From Octopus sinensis (Eukaryota): a stretch of DNA of 29,514 nt. The stretch is taken from the NCBI RefSeq assembly GCF_006345805.1, contig NW_021832923.1, positions 1 to 29,514 of the forward strand, read 5' to 3'. A program made the position numbers and the translations under genes. The notes under the pieces were generated by a model. It worked only from the letters and a program-made list of their open reading frames with translations, made no database searches and had not been told where the DNA came from. Shown one piece after another: positions 12,256 to 22,544 of this stretch. Numbering within the stretch: position 1 is the first letter of the stretch; every line of letters begins with the position of its first letter.

Positions 12256-12734
12256 TTTTGTCTTGGTATAAAAGATGGGCTACAGCAAATATTCTGCTCA
12301 ATACCACAGATTTGCTTGTCAGTTGTTTGACCTTAACCAGTTGAGCATGTCCCTTAGTGGCTGACGATATGTGCATCTCTGATCACGAGCAGAAGTAGTG
12401 GGGGAGCATCATAGCCATGTGTTGAGAGGGATGCTTTGGGGTTTGAATAGTTCACCTCTGGAAACATGGGTGGTTCTTTCAACATCCTTAAACAACCCTT
12501 ATTCGGGGACCGTTTGAGCGGATGGGCTACTCAACCTGAAGAAAATTCAAACTGGGCCCCACCTGCAAGGTCATGTGCTGTTTATCTTGATATGAGATCA
12601 CCATGTCGCGCACATATGGTTGTGATGCATGTGCCTGGTGTACCTTTATCAGACGGGTAGTCATGATGGGTATATTGGGCTTCGTATATTTTACCCAGTG
12701 TCACTTTGATGGCATGAACTCTGCTCTCTCACTC
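12254..12734 (+). mobile_element. Non-coding interspersed element inside (AAT)n; lacks the first ~77 nt of the copy at 26021-26578
   Basis: Nearly identical over ~480 nt to 26098-26578, with the same right end (ctctctcactc|aataataat). No credible ORF. The strand is inferred from which end is truncated. Confidence 0.85.
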
Positions 12735-12741
12735 AATAATA

Positions 12742-12800
<59 letters not shown>

Positions 12801-12820
12801 TAACAATAATATTTATAATG

Positions 12821-12872
<52 letters not shown>

Positions 12873-12882
12873 TAATAATAAC

Positions 12883-12953
<71 letters not shown>

Positions 12954-13019
12954 TAGTAATAATAATAATAATAATAACAACAACAACAACAACAATAATA
13001 ATAATAATAATAATAATAA
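12735..13019. repeat. Long imperfect (AAT)n microsatellite
   Basis: ~285 nt of AAT with AAC/AGT interruptions. Other AAT arrays are at 3588-3710, 6788-6850, 7314-7380, 7600-7820, 12145-12253, 20555-20605 (ATT) and 25910-26020. Confidence 0.97.
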
Positions 13020-13774
13020 TGGCGTTTGTTTTACAAAAAACCTTCAAGTAGATAAGAATATTCTCTGGGTGTTGCCAGGACATATGAAAAATAAATTTTG
13101 TAATATAAAAGAAGTCGAGTACACATGAAATGGTGATTAGGGTACAAGGTCGTGATTTCAAATACAGGACCGAGAGGTGTTTTGCGCACAAGATACTTCA
13201 TCTCATGTTACACAGCGACCATTTCAACACTTGACGTGTAGGGATGGTGACTAGCTGGAAAATGGATTTATTTTCCGGATATTAAAGAATTTCAGCCAAT
13301 CACCTACCTCAAGGGGAAAATACTGCCACTCTCGTTTAAAAAAAATTGAGAATTATTACAACAGCGTATTTCATTCAGTATGCTTATCGGATAGCAGCCG
13401 GAACGGGAGACTAAAAATTTATATGAGGCAATAGAATATTCAGATAAGTGGATAAAACTTTTAATTTCTGTAAAAAATTTGAAACTGAAGTAATATTTGG
13501 AGTCGGCGTTATAAAGGTAAACCAATTTTTATTACATTTCTTTTAAGAGTTATCATTTATATACACACACACATATGTATGATTTATTTTTCCCTCACTC
13601 TCTATCTTTCTATAACTATGCAACTTAATAGAATAATGTTGTTCCTGACAATCATTTGTCGGTGAGCATTTGGTTCCAAGCAACCATAACGTTGTTACAT
13701 GCACGTCAGAATTATTATTTAAATATTTGTTTGTCCTGTTCATCCTATATATAGACTTATACATAAACACACAT

Positions 13775-13951
13775 GCATAGGCGTGGCTATGTGGTAAGAA
13801 ACATGTGTTGCAAGCAGATTGTTCCAGGTTCAGTTTCACTGCATGGCAATTTGGGAAAGTGTCTTCTACTATAGCCTCGGGCCGACCAAAGCCTTACGAG
13901 TGGATTTGGTAGACGGAAACCGAAAGAAGTTCTTTATATATATATATATAC

Positions 13952-13996
<45 letters not shown>

Positions 13997-14245
13997 TATA
14001 TATGTATTGATGTATATGGGTGTGTGTGTGAGTTTGTTTGTGTATATTTGTTACCCATTCTTATCTTGAAAGCAGGTTTTTTAGCCCCCCCTCCTTAACA
14101 TTGCGTTCTGGCAAAAGCGGCCAATAAAATAAGTATTTGTCTTATAAAGAATAAGCCCTGATGTCAATTTTTGGGGCTTTAAGGCTTTTCATATGGTGCT
14201 CCAGCATGGGCGCAGGCAAATGACTTCAACAAGTAAAAGATTTAA
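13775..14245 (+). mobile_element. Full-length degenerate SINE family A (head, (TA)/(TG) spacer, tail)
   Basis: Head 13775-13930, microsatellite 13935-14040, tail ending atggtgctccagcatgggcgcaggcaaatgacttcaacaagtaaaaga. Confidence 0.85.
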
Positions 14246-14417
14246 AGAAAAAGAATACACATTTATATATGTGTGTGTATATATTTAAACGCGTATGAAT
14301 ATATATTTATGTATTTATATACCTATATATATGTATGTGTGTGTGTGTGTGTGTGAATGTTTCGCTTCGTACATATGTGCATGTATTCACACACGCATGT
14401 AGACACACGCCCGCATA

Positions 14418-14470
<53 letters not shown>

Positions 14471-15047
14471 AAACGTACGTATATACACACACTAATGTGC
14501 ACACACACACTCATACACACACATATAGTTGTGCGTGTTTGTGTATGTATATATATCCTCATGCATCTTTATATAACCATACATGATTACATATGACACC
14601 GTGTAGCATATCTTTGTCCTGAAATCCTAGATTGCCGCCTATAAAGTGGTTTCTGGCTTAGGTAGAATGCCAGTGGTTTTGTTATTGTGGGGGAGGTGGA
14701 CTGTCGACTAATTGGACTTCAGTACCTCTGAGAAATGAAAGGCAAAGGGGAGTTCGACAGGAAAGGAACTCAGAACGCGAATAGATAATCAATTTTTGTT
14801 ACTTTTCTTTTACGATTTAACATTTATATATACACACACATATATATATAATTAATTTTACCCTCTCTCTCCCTCTGTCTTTCTATAACTATGCAACTTA
14901 ATAGAATAACGTTGTTCCTGGCGGTCGTTTTTCGGTGACCATTTGGTTCCAAGCAACCATAACGTTGTTACACGCATGTAAAAACTATTAGTTAAACATT
15001 TGTTTGTCCTGTTCATCCTATATATAGACTTATACATAAACACACAT

Positions 15048-15191
15048 GCATAGGCGTGGCTATGTGGTAAGAAACTTGCTCCGCAAGCACTTAGATCCAG
15101 GTTTAGTTTCGCTGCATGGCAACCTGGGAAAGTGTCTTCTACTATAGCCTCGGGCCGAGCAATGACCGGTGAGTGAGTATTGTAGACGGAC
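15048..15191 (+). mobile_element. Degenerate SINE family A head
   Basis: Paralog of 878-1021 and 4060-4203, with the same downstream junction gacggaccctaaggaagtcctagatgtc. Confidence 0.8.
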
Positions 15192-16375
15192 CCTAAGGAA
15201 GTCCTAGATGTCATTTAATAAATGGATGGTTCATCTTGATAGTAAGTTCGAACTTATACATCGGAAAGATCTATGAAAATTAACATCCACATCATGTGAT
15301 GCATTAGAATAATTATTGTAGATGTAGGTTTCAGGACTAATGAATGTCCATTACTTGTACATTTGCCCTATCAGCCCTATCGTAAGCATTTAAGACAATG
15401 ATATTCCATTGTCTCACTCTCTACCGTCTTAACCAAGGATAGAGCACAACGCACATTGCAAAATAAGTAACGCGATGGGATGATCATGTTCGAAACGCCT
15501 CTGATCATAGTCTTGTCATCAGTGAACAACAAGCAAACTTTAGAAACAACTGAAATATATTCTGGGAAACGAGGGAAATTCGTCGGGTTTGCATTTTAGT
15601 AACTCGTGAGATGAGGTCGTGTCTTTGAGCAGATATCGCCATCCCAATAATCGATAAAAACAATGGCGTTTGTTTTACAAAAACCTTCAAGTAGATAAGA
15701 AAATTCTCTGGGTGTTGCCAGGACATATGAAAAATAAAGTTTTGGTAATATAAAAGAAGTCGAGTACACATGAAATCGTGATTAGGGAACAAGGTCGTGA
15801 TTTCAAATACAGGACCGAGATGTGTAGTGCGCACAAGATACTTCATCTCATGTTACACAGCGACCATTTCAACACTTGACGTGTAGGAATGGTGACTAGC
15901 TGGAAAATGGATTTATTTTCCGGATATTAAAGAATTTCAGCCAATCACGTACCTCAAGGGGAAAATACTGCCACTCTCGTTTAAAAAAAATTGAGAATTA
16001 TTACAACAGCGTATTTCATTCAGTATGCTTATCGGATAGCAGCCGGAAGTGGATAAAACTTTTAATTTCTGTAAAAAATTTGAAACTGAAGTAATATTTG
16101 GAGTCGGCGTTATAAAGGTAAACCAATTTTTATTACATTTCTTTTAAGAGTTATCATTTATATACACACACACATATATATGATTTATTTTTCCCTCTCT
16201 CTCTATCTTTCTATAACTATGCAACTTAATAGAATAATGTTGTTCCTGACTATCATATGTCGGTGAGCATTTGGTTCCAAGCAACCATAACGTTGTTATA
16301 TGCACGTCAGAATTATTATTTAAATATTTGTTTGTCTTGTTCATCCTGTATATAGACTTATACATCAACACACAT

Positions 16376-16537
16376 GCATAGGCGTGACTGTGTGGTAAGA
16401 TAGATGGTTCGCAAGCAGATAGTTCCAGGTTCAGTTTCACTGCATGGCAATTTGGGAAAGTGTCTTCTATTATAGCTTCGGGCTGACCAAAACCGTACGA
16501 GTGGATTTGGTAGACGAAAAAACCGAAAGAAGTTCGT
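16376..16537 (+). mobile_element. SINE family A head; its tail is displaced to 20690-20892 by insertions in the central (TA)n
   Basis: Paralog of the uninterrupted 13775-14245 copy. The flanks cgaaagaagttc and ttgatg..gtgtgtgagtttgtttg match on either side of the 16565-20605 insertions. Confidence 0.82.
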
Positions 16538-16652
16538 TATATATATATATATATATATATATATGATTGATTGATTGATTGATTCTAGTTTCAGCTTATG
16601 AGCTGTGGCCATGCTGGGGCACCGCCATTTGGTGTTGCTACTTGGTTTTACT

Positions 16653-19630
16653 TCACGAAAGCTTTTTAGCAACTGCCATTTGGTGCATGAGAGAGTTCGA
16701 TGCAGCTGCCCTCATCTGCACCTCCTGCCGTGAAGTTGGCTCATCTGGGACACCTGACAGGAAGAGATCCAGTTTCATTTTAAAGACATCTGCATCCACC
16801 CCATGCAGGTCTCTCAGGTTCTTCGGGAGGATATTGAAGAGCTGTGGGCCACGGAAGCCCAGGCTATCACAGAATCTTGTCCTACATCTTGATGGCAAGT
16901 TTGGAGTCCTAGGCACCACGCAGTGGCGCCCAGTTCTGGCATTTGCGTAACTCTCGATGCCAAAGTTTAGGACACGTCTCTCCAGGATCTTCCAGATGTA
17001 TATTATGGCATATCTCTCCCGCCTACGCTCCAGGGAATATAGTTGTAATCTCTTGAGTCTTTCCCAGTAGCTTACATTCTGCATAGAGGCTATCTTCTTC
17101 GTGTAGCTACGTTGGATCGCCTCGAGCTCTGTGATCAACTTGACACTGGATGGTGACCATAACTGAGAGCAGTAGTCAAAGTGGCTTAGGACAAGTGTCC
17201 TCCAGAGGACCATCATGGTTTCTTGTTCTCTTGTTCTAAAGGTTCTGAGGATCCATCCGGCCAGTAGTCTACATTTCATTGCCAATTTAGCAACATGTAC
17301 ACGAAAGGTCGCGTCATCACTCATGTAAATTCCTAGGTCACGCACTGATTGTGCCTCTGGGATTGCTATTCCTCCGGGTCCAGTGTATTCATTGGGTATT
17401 GCATTTAGTTGTGCATGCTGATAGTATAAAGCTTGAAACTTTTCAGCATTGAACTGCATGCTATTCTTTTCAGCCCACTTGTATATTTTGTCTAGCTCAC
17501 ATTGCAGGTGTTTAGTGTCCTCAGGGTTCTGTATTGCCTGTGAAACTTTTGTATCATCTGCATAACTCGTGATCGTGGCTCTCTGCGTGGCTGAGGGCAT
17601 GTCTGAGAGGGCCATTATGAACAGTAGTGGTCCCAGACCAGTGCCCTGCGGAACACCGCTCACTATTTGCGTGTTAATGGAAGTGGCCCCATTGGCTACT
17701 ACCACCTGGCTTCTATCTTTCAGAAAGTCATGAAGCCATTCTCCCAGTTTTCCAACTATGTTGAGATCACGCAGTTTGTGACATATCATTCCATGATCGA
17801 CTTTATCAAAGGCCTTTGCAAAGTCGAGATATATCACTTCCACATTTGAGTGGTTGAGCAGCCGTTTCAGCACCCAGTCATAGTGTTGTAAGAGCTGAGT
17901 TAAACAGCTTCTCCCTGGTCGGAAACCATGTTGGGTGTCGGGCAGCAAGTCATTCTCTTCAAGGAAGGTGATCAGCTTCCTTCTGACTATTCGTTCCATG
18001 ACCTTGCTGATGTGTGAGGTCAGAGAGATAGGTCTATAGTTCTTGGCTTCCGCTCTGCTACCTCCTTTATGAATGGGGCATATTTTACCTTCCTTCAGTT
18101 TTCTTGGAAGTTTGCCAGCTGCAAGGAAGCTCTGAAAGAGGAACTGCAGTGGTCTCGCTAGGACTCTCTTACATGCTTTTAGGAGGATTGCCGGGAATCC
18201 ATCGGGGCCAGTAGCTGAGTCTGTTTTTATTTCATCTATAGCCTTGATTACATCGTCTTCCTTTATATCGATGTAATCTATCGTCGCCGCCTCTGATTTT
18301 ATATCTTCAGTGGTAAAAAAGTCAGTTGGATTGGTGATTTGGAGATGCCCAAGGGGTGGAGGGAAAACACTCTTGAATTGCTCATTCAGTATTTCACTTA
18401 CCCTCATTGGTTTTCCTGTAAGTGTGCCGTCCTTTTCGAGGAGTGGCCCTATTCTACAGTGCACTGTAGCTGTTTCTTTGGCATACCTGTAGAAAGCTCT
18501 GGGGTTAGATTTTATGTTGTCTATAGCCCAGGCTTCTTTGTCTGCTCTTTCTTTTTCATGGGAGAGTTGCAGACATTTTTCGATTTCAAACAGTTTTATT
18601 TTTAGGCGGGACTTTTCACTGCTTTCAATCTGTTTGTTTAGGCGATTTGAAAATTTCGTACGCCGTCTCATTAAAATTTTCCTCTCTCTGGGGATTTTGT
18701 TCTTGTGTACAGTGGCCTTTCTCTCTGGGACACATTTGTAGCATATGGCTTGCATTACAGACATGAATTGGTGAAGTTTCACGTCGATGTCTGGCGAGGA
18801 GAGACATTTAGGCCAGTGTTGTTTGAGGATCTCTTTCTCAATTTGTTTCCAGTTTGCCTTATGGTAGTTCAAACTGGAAAGATTTTGAGGGTTTCTTGTA
18901 GGCTGCATGTCCGTGCTCTCTTTTGGCCCGTACATGGTCAGCTCTATCATGTTGTGATCCGAGAGTAGAGTCGGTGTCACTTTCACATTATGGATGAGAT
19001 CCATGTCATTTGTGAAGCAGAGATCCAGTGTGTTACCTGCCCTGGTTGGTTGGAGTATTACCTGCTCCATGTACAGGGTGTTGATGAGGTTCAGGAGGGA
19101 CCTCGCCTGTCCTCATTCACATCTTGTCATTCCTGGGAGAGAAAGGCCCTCGGGCCATCTGACATTGGGCAGGTTGAAGTCTCCCATAAGAAGTACACTT
19201 ATGTGTTGTTCTAATGTGGTTAAAACTTCCTCTATTTTTATAAGGCAGTCTTCAAACTTGCCCACATGGCTTGGGGCATCTGGAGGGCGATATGTAGCAC
19301 ACACAACTACATCAAGTTGCCTAATATGTACAATTAGTGTGTCGACAAGAGGACCTGGGGTGTGAGGTCCTCACGGATGTACATAGCAACACCTCCATGA
19401 CTCCTTTCTTTCCTGTCGGTCCGTAGTACAGCATACTGTGGTATGTGTAACTCCACATCTGCTATGTCCGGTTTCAGGTGCGTTTCCATAAGTGCTATGC
19501 ATAAGGCTTGATTGCATGCAACAAAGTCTCTCAGGAACGGGATTTTTGTCCTGTTACTGAGTGTTTGCACTCCTCTGATGTTCAGTAGGAGCATCGAGGT
19601 GAGGTGTACGTTGTTGCCGGCGGTGTCCAT
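16653..19630 (-). pseudogene. LINE ORF2 (endonuclease + reverse transcriptase), disrupted by one frameshift and one nonsense codon
   Basis: The probable start is MDTAGNN at 19630. The frame switches at ~19343 (...QVLLS / DTLIVHIRQLD..., consistent with a small deletion). An in-frame TGA lies at 19113-19115 (GMTRCE*GQARS). The frame is then open for 805 codons from 19070 to the stop at 16653. Confidence 0.92.
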
Positions 19631-20087
19631 CCTGGGTCTGTTTGCTGTGGTGGTCTGGTATATAGTGGGTAGTCCCACCTGCGGGCTTGGATTTGATGAA
19701 GCCAGGTCAGCTGCTGTACAATCTTTTGTGCCATGCACAAAAAAGATTGTTGCTCAGCAGCTGCCCTTTCGACAACATCATGTTGGCGGTTTGTGGCGCG
19801 CACAACATCTGCGTACCTCCGCTTTGGTACAGGTGGTGCGTGGTCCATCCCTTTTCCTTGTGTGGATGGTTTGTCCATCTGCTTTGTGTCTCTGTGGCAG
19901 GGTCCATGATGTGCAAAGCGACAGCCTGCACCCTCCTTTGCATGCCAGCAGGAACCTCTCAGGTAGAACCTACACGCCCGTGTGCGCTGTTTGGTTCCAT
20001 CTTTTGCGGTTCCACTTTTATTCCTGGTTTTTTCATCCTTTGGTCCTGCTTGAGCTTTTCCTTTAGCTCTTCCAGTCCTTCTTTTAG

Positions 20088-20090
<3 letters not shown>
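19582..20090 (-). pseudogene. LINE ORF1, C-terminal ~170 codons (5'-truncated), with a CCCH zinc finger
   Basis: Manual translation is open from the (TA)n junction: RTKRRTGRAKGKAQ...TRACRFYLRGSCWHAKEGAGCRFAHHGPC...MDKPSTQ...SPRCSY*. The C-x7-C-x8-C-x3-H motif is at 19909-19974. It overlaps the ORF2 start in another frame. Confidence 0.8.
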
Positions 20091-20161
<71 letters not shown>

Positions 20162-20162
20162 A

Positions 20163-20548
20163 TTAATTAATAAGGGTGAGAGAATTAGATACTAATTTAA
20201 TAGTATATCTATTCAACACCAAGTGGCCCAGTGCCCCGAGAAACCTGGATTATTATAATATTTTATGATATATTATAATATTTTATACAAGGCGTGTGAT
20301 TGAGTGGATTTCATCCAGATAGTTTTGGCTGAGGAGCTACAAGTGAGTTTTTTGTGAGTAAAATTACATTTAATTCACTAATAGCGAAACAATTGTCCCA
20401 AAATAATCTGTATTTTTGTTATTTTTTATTTGCCCTGTTCGTGTGAGCTAACAATCGTACTGACTTTCATGGGAAACATGCATTTTTGTGGTTGAAACCT
20501 TTTGGATTTACTAGTGCTAGAGTGAGCCACATAGTGACCACTCTCTTA

Positions 20549-20555
<7 letters not shown>
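20163..20555. other. Unclassified ~390 bp insert between (TA)n and (ATT)n
   Basis: Absent from the paralogous SINE at 13775-14245. No ORF or recognisable termini. Contains a tandem repeat of tattataatattttat. Confidence 0.45.
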
Positions 20556-20637
<82 letters not shown>

Positions 20638-20689
20638 ATGCATAAGTGTGTGTGAGTTTGTTTGTTTGTGTATGTGTGTTTCTGTCTTT

Positions 20690-20892
20690 GCGACTATGTT
20701 TGTTACCCTTTCATATCTTGACAGCAGGTTTTCACGCCCCCTCCTTAACATTGCGGTTCAGCAAAAGAGGCCAATAAAATAAGTACTTGGCTTACAAAGA
20801 ATAAGCCCTGATGTCAATTTATTAGGCTTAAAGGCTTTTGATATGGTGCTCCATCATGGGCGTAGCAAATGACTTCAACAAGTAACAGAATT
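20690..20892 (+). mobile_element. SINE family A 3' tail
   Basis: Matches 1-205 and 14040-14245, including atggtgctccatcatgggcgtagcaaatgacttcaacaagtaacaga. Confidence 0.85.
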
Positions 20893-21069
20893 AAAGAAAA
20901 AGAATACACATTTATATATGCGTGTGTATATATCTAAACGCGTATGAATATATATATATGTATTTATATACCTATATATATTTATATATATGTGTGTGTT
21001 TGAATGTTTCGCCTCGTACCCTTGTGCATGTATTCACATACATGTAGATACACGCTCACATATACATTC

Positions 21070-21109
<40 letters not shown>

Positions 21110-21634
21110 AACGTACGTACATACACACACTCACATGCACACACACTCATACACACACATATATTTGTGCGCGTTTGTTTATGTATATATATCCTCATGC
21201 ATCTTTATATATCCATACATGATTACATATGACCCCGCGTAGCAATTCTTTGTCCTGAAATCCTAGATTGCCTCCTATAAAGTGGTTTCTGGCTTAGGTA
21301 GAATGCCAGTGGTTGTGTTTTGTGGGGGAGGTGGACAGTCGACTAATTGGATTCAGAACTCAGAACGCAAAGAGACAAATCAATTTTTGTTACTTTTCTT
21401 TTAAGATTTAACATTTATATATACACACACACGTATATATGATTTATTTTTCCCTCTCTCTCTATCTTTCTATAACTATGCAACGTAATAGAATTACGTT
21501 GTTCCTGGCGGTCATTTGTCGGTGAGCATTTGGTTCCAAGCGACCATAACGTTGTTACACGCACGTAAGAACTATTATTTAAACATTTGTTTGTCCTTTT
21601 CTCACTATATATAGACTTATACATAAACACACAT

Positions 21635-22113
21635 GCATAGGCGTGGCTGTGTGGTAAGAAACTTGCTCCGCAAGCACATAGATCCAGGTTTAATTTCACT
21701 GCATGGCAACCTGGAAATGTGTCTTCTACTATAGCCACGGGCTGAGCAAAGACTTGCGACTGGGTATTGTAGACGGACACGAAGGAAGTCCGTTTTATAA
21801 ATATATACATATGTTTGTGTGAGTGTGTGTGTCGTATTTGTGTGTGTGTGTGTGTGAGTGTGTTTGTGTGTGTGTATGTGTGAGTGTGTGTGTGTTTGCC
21901 TGTGTGTGTGTGTCTGTGTGACTCTGTTTGTTACCCGTTCATAGTTTGACATCAGGTCTTTTACGCCCGCCGTAACATAGCTGTTCGGCAAAAGCGATCA
22001 ATAAAATATGTACCAGGCTTACAAAAAATAAGCCCAGAGGTAAATTTCTTCGGCTCTTCGGCTTTAAGTCTTTTGAGGTGGCACTCCAGCAAGGTCGCAG
22101 TCAAATGACTTAA
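21635..22113 (+). mobile_element. Full-length degenerate SINE family A
   Basis: Head ggcgtggctgtgtggtaagaa..., (TA)/(TG) spacer 21800-21925, tail ending gcactccagcaaggtcgcagtcaaatgactt. Confidence 0.85.
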
Positions 22114-22368
22114 AATTTTTGTTACTTTTCTTTTAAGATTTAACATTTGTATCTACACACACACATATATATATGATTTATTTTTCCCTCTCTCTCTATC
22201 TTTCTATAACTATGCAACGTAATAGAATAACTTTGTTCCTGACGGTCATTTGTCGGTGAGCATTTGGTTCCAAGCAACCATAACGTTGTTACACGCACGT
22301 CAGAACTATTATTTAAATATTTGTTTGTCCTGTTCATCCTATATATAGACTTATACATAAACACACAT

Positions 22369-22520
22369 GCATAGGCGTGGCTGTGTGGTAAGAAACTTAC
22401 TTCGCAAGCACGTAGATCCTTTTTCAGTTTCCACTGCATGGCATTTTGGGAAATTGTTTTCTACTATAGTCTCGGAATGACCAAATCTTTTTGAGTGGAT
22501 TTGGTAGACGGAAACCGACA
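22369..22520 (+). mobile_element. SINE family A head; last copy of the block+SINE module
   Basis: ggcgtggctgtgtggtaagaa...gagtggatttggtagacggaaacc, abutting the hAT relic. Confidence 0.8.
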
Positions 22521-22544
22521 TTTTATGGGTTCTGTTGTTTTTGG

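Larger units (their letters stand above)
13020..16540. repeat. Tandem duplication, period ~2.6 kb (13020-13935 repeated at ~15660-16540)
   Basis: atggcgtttgttttacaaaa occurs at ~13019 and ~15663. The ccaatttttattacatttcttttaagagtt junction occurs at ~13522 and ~16123. Both are followed by the same ~230 bp block and a SINE head. Confidence 0.88.
16565..20090 (-). mobile_element. CR1/L2-group LINE (APE-RT), 5'-truncated inside ORF1, with a (TCAA)n tail, inserted in (TA)n
   Basis: APE motifs LLNIRG, ALMETHL, HGGVAMY, YRPP, GDFNLP, TLDL. RT motifs GPDG, NYRPISL, QHGFR, YLDFAKAFD, GVPQG, YADD. The C-terminal SYWERLKRLQLYSLERRRER is typical of the CR1 clade. A ~70 nt 3' UTR and a (GATT)5 tract follow at 16565-16584. 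Confidence 0.96.
1..22520. repeat. Mosaic array of direct-orientation local segmental duplications
   Basis: The same non-microsatellite blocks recur in the same orientation. 1-760 matches 14040-14790 and 20690-21390. 1030-1920 matches 4210-5105 and 15200-16050. 1936-2310 matches 5119-5500 and 9924-10278. 2498-3030 matches 5705-6272 and 11150-11670. 3165-3590 matches 6365-6790 and 11900-12145. Hand count: 15 substitutions in 171 nt between 2015-2185 and its copy ending at 10177. Confidence 0.92.

Noticed and set aside
15200-15846. Faint GPCR-like (minus: MAISAQRHDLI) and GIY-YIG-like (plus) readings of the duplicated block
   Set aside because: Motif spacing does not fit either family, the frames are broken differently in each paralog, and part of the ORF is antisense SINE.
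16579-20166. Plus-strand ORFs overlapping the LINE (16579-16950, 18994-19365, 19512-20066, 19687-20166 and others)
   Set aside because: Antisense shadows of the LINE coding strand with no independent motifs.
766-22439. Recurrent minus-strand ORF family MTSRTS...KLNLDLSA...HAYACVFMYKSIYRMNRTNK (766, 3909, 13543, 14858, 16144, 21415, 22140)
   Set aside because: Half of it is the antisense of a SINE head and part crosses a microsatellite. It recurs because the DNA is duplicated, and starts and ends vary between copies.
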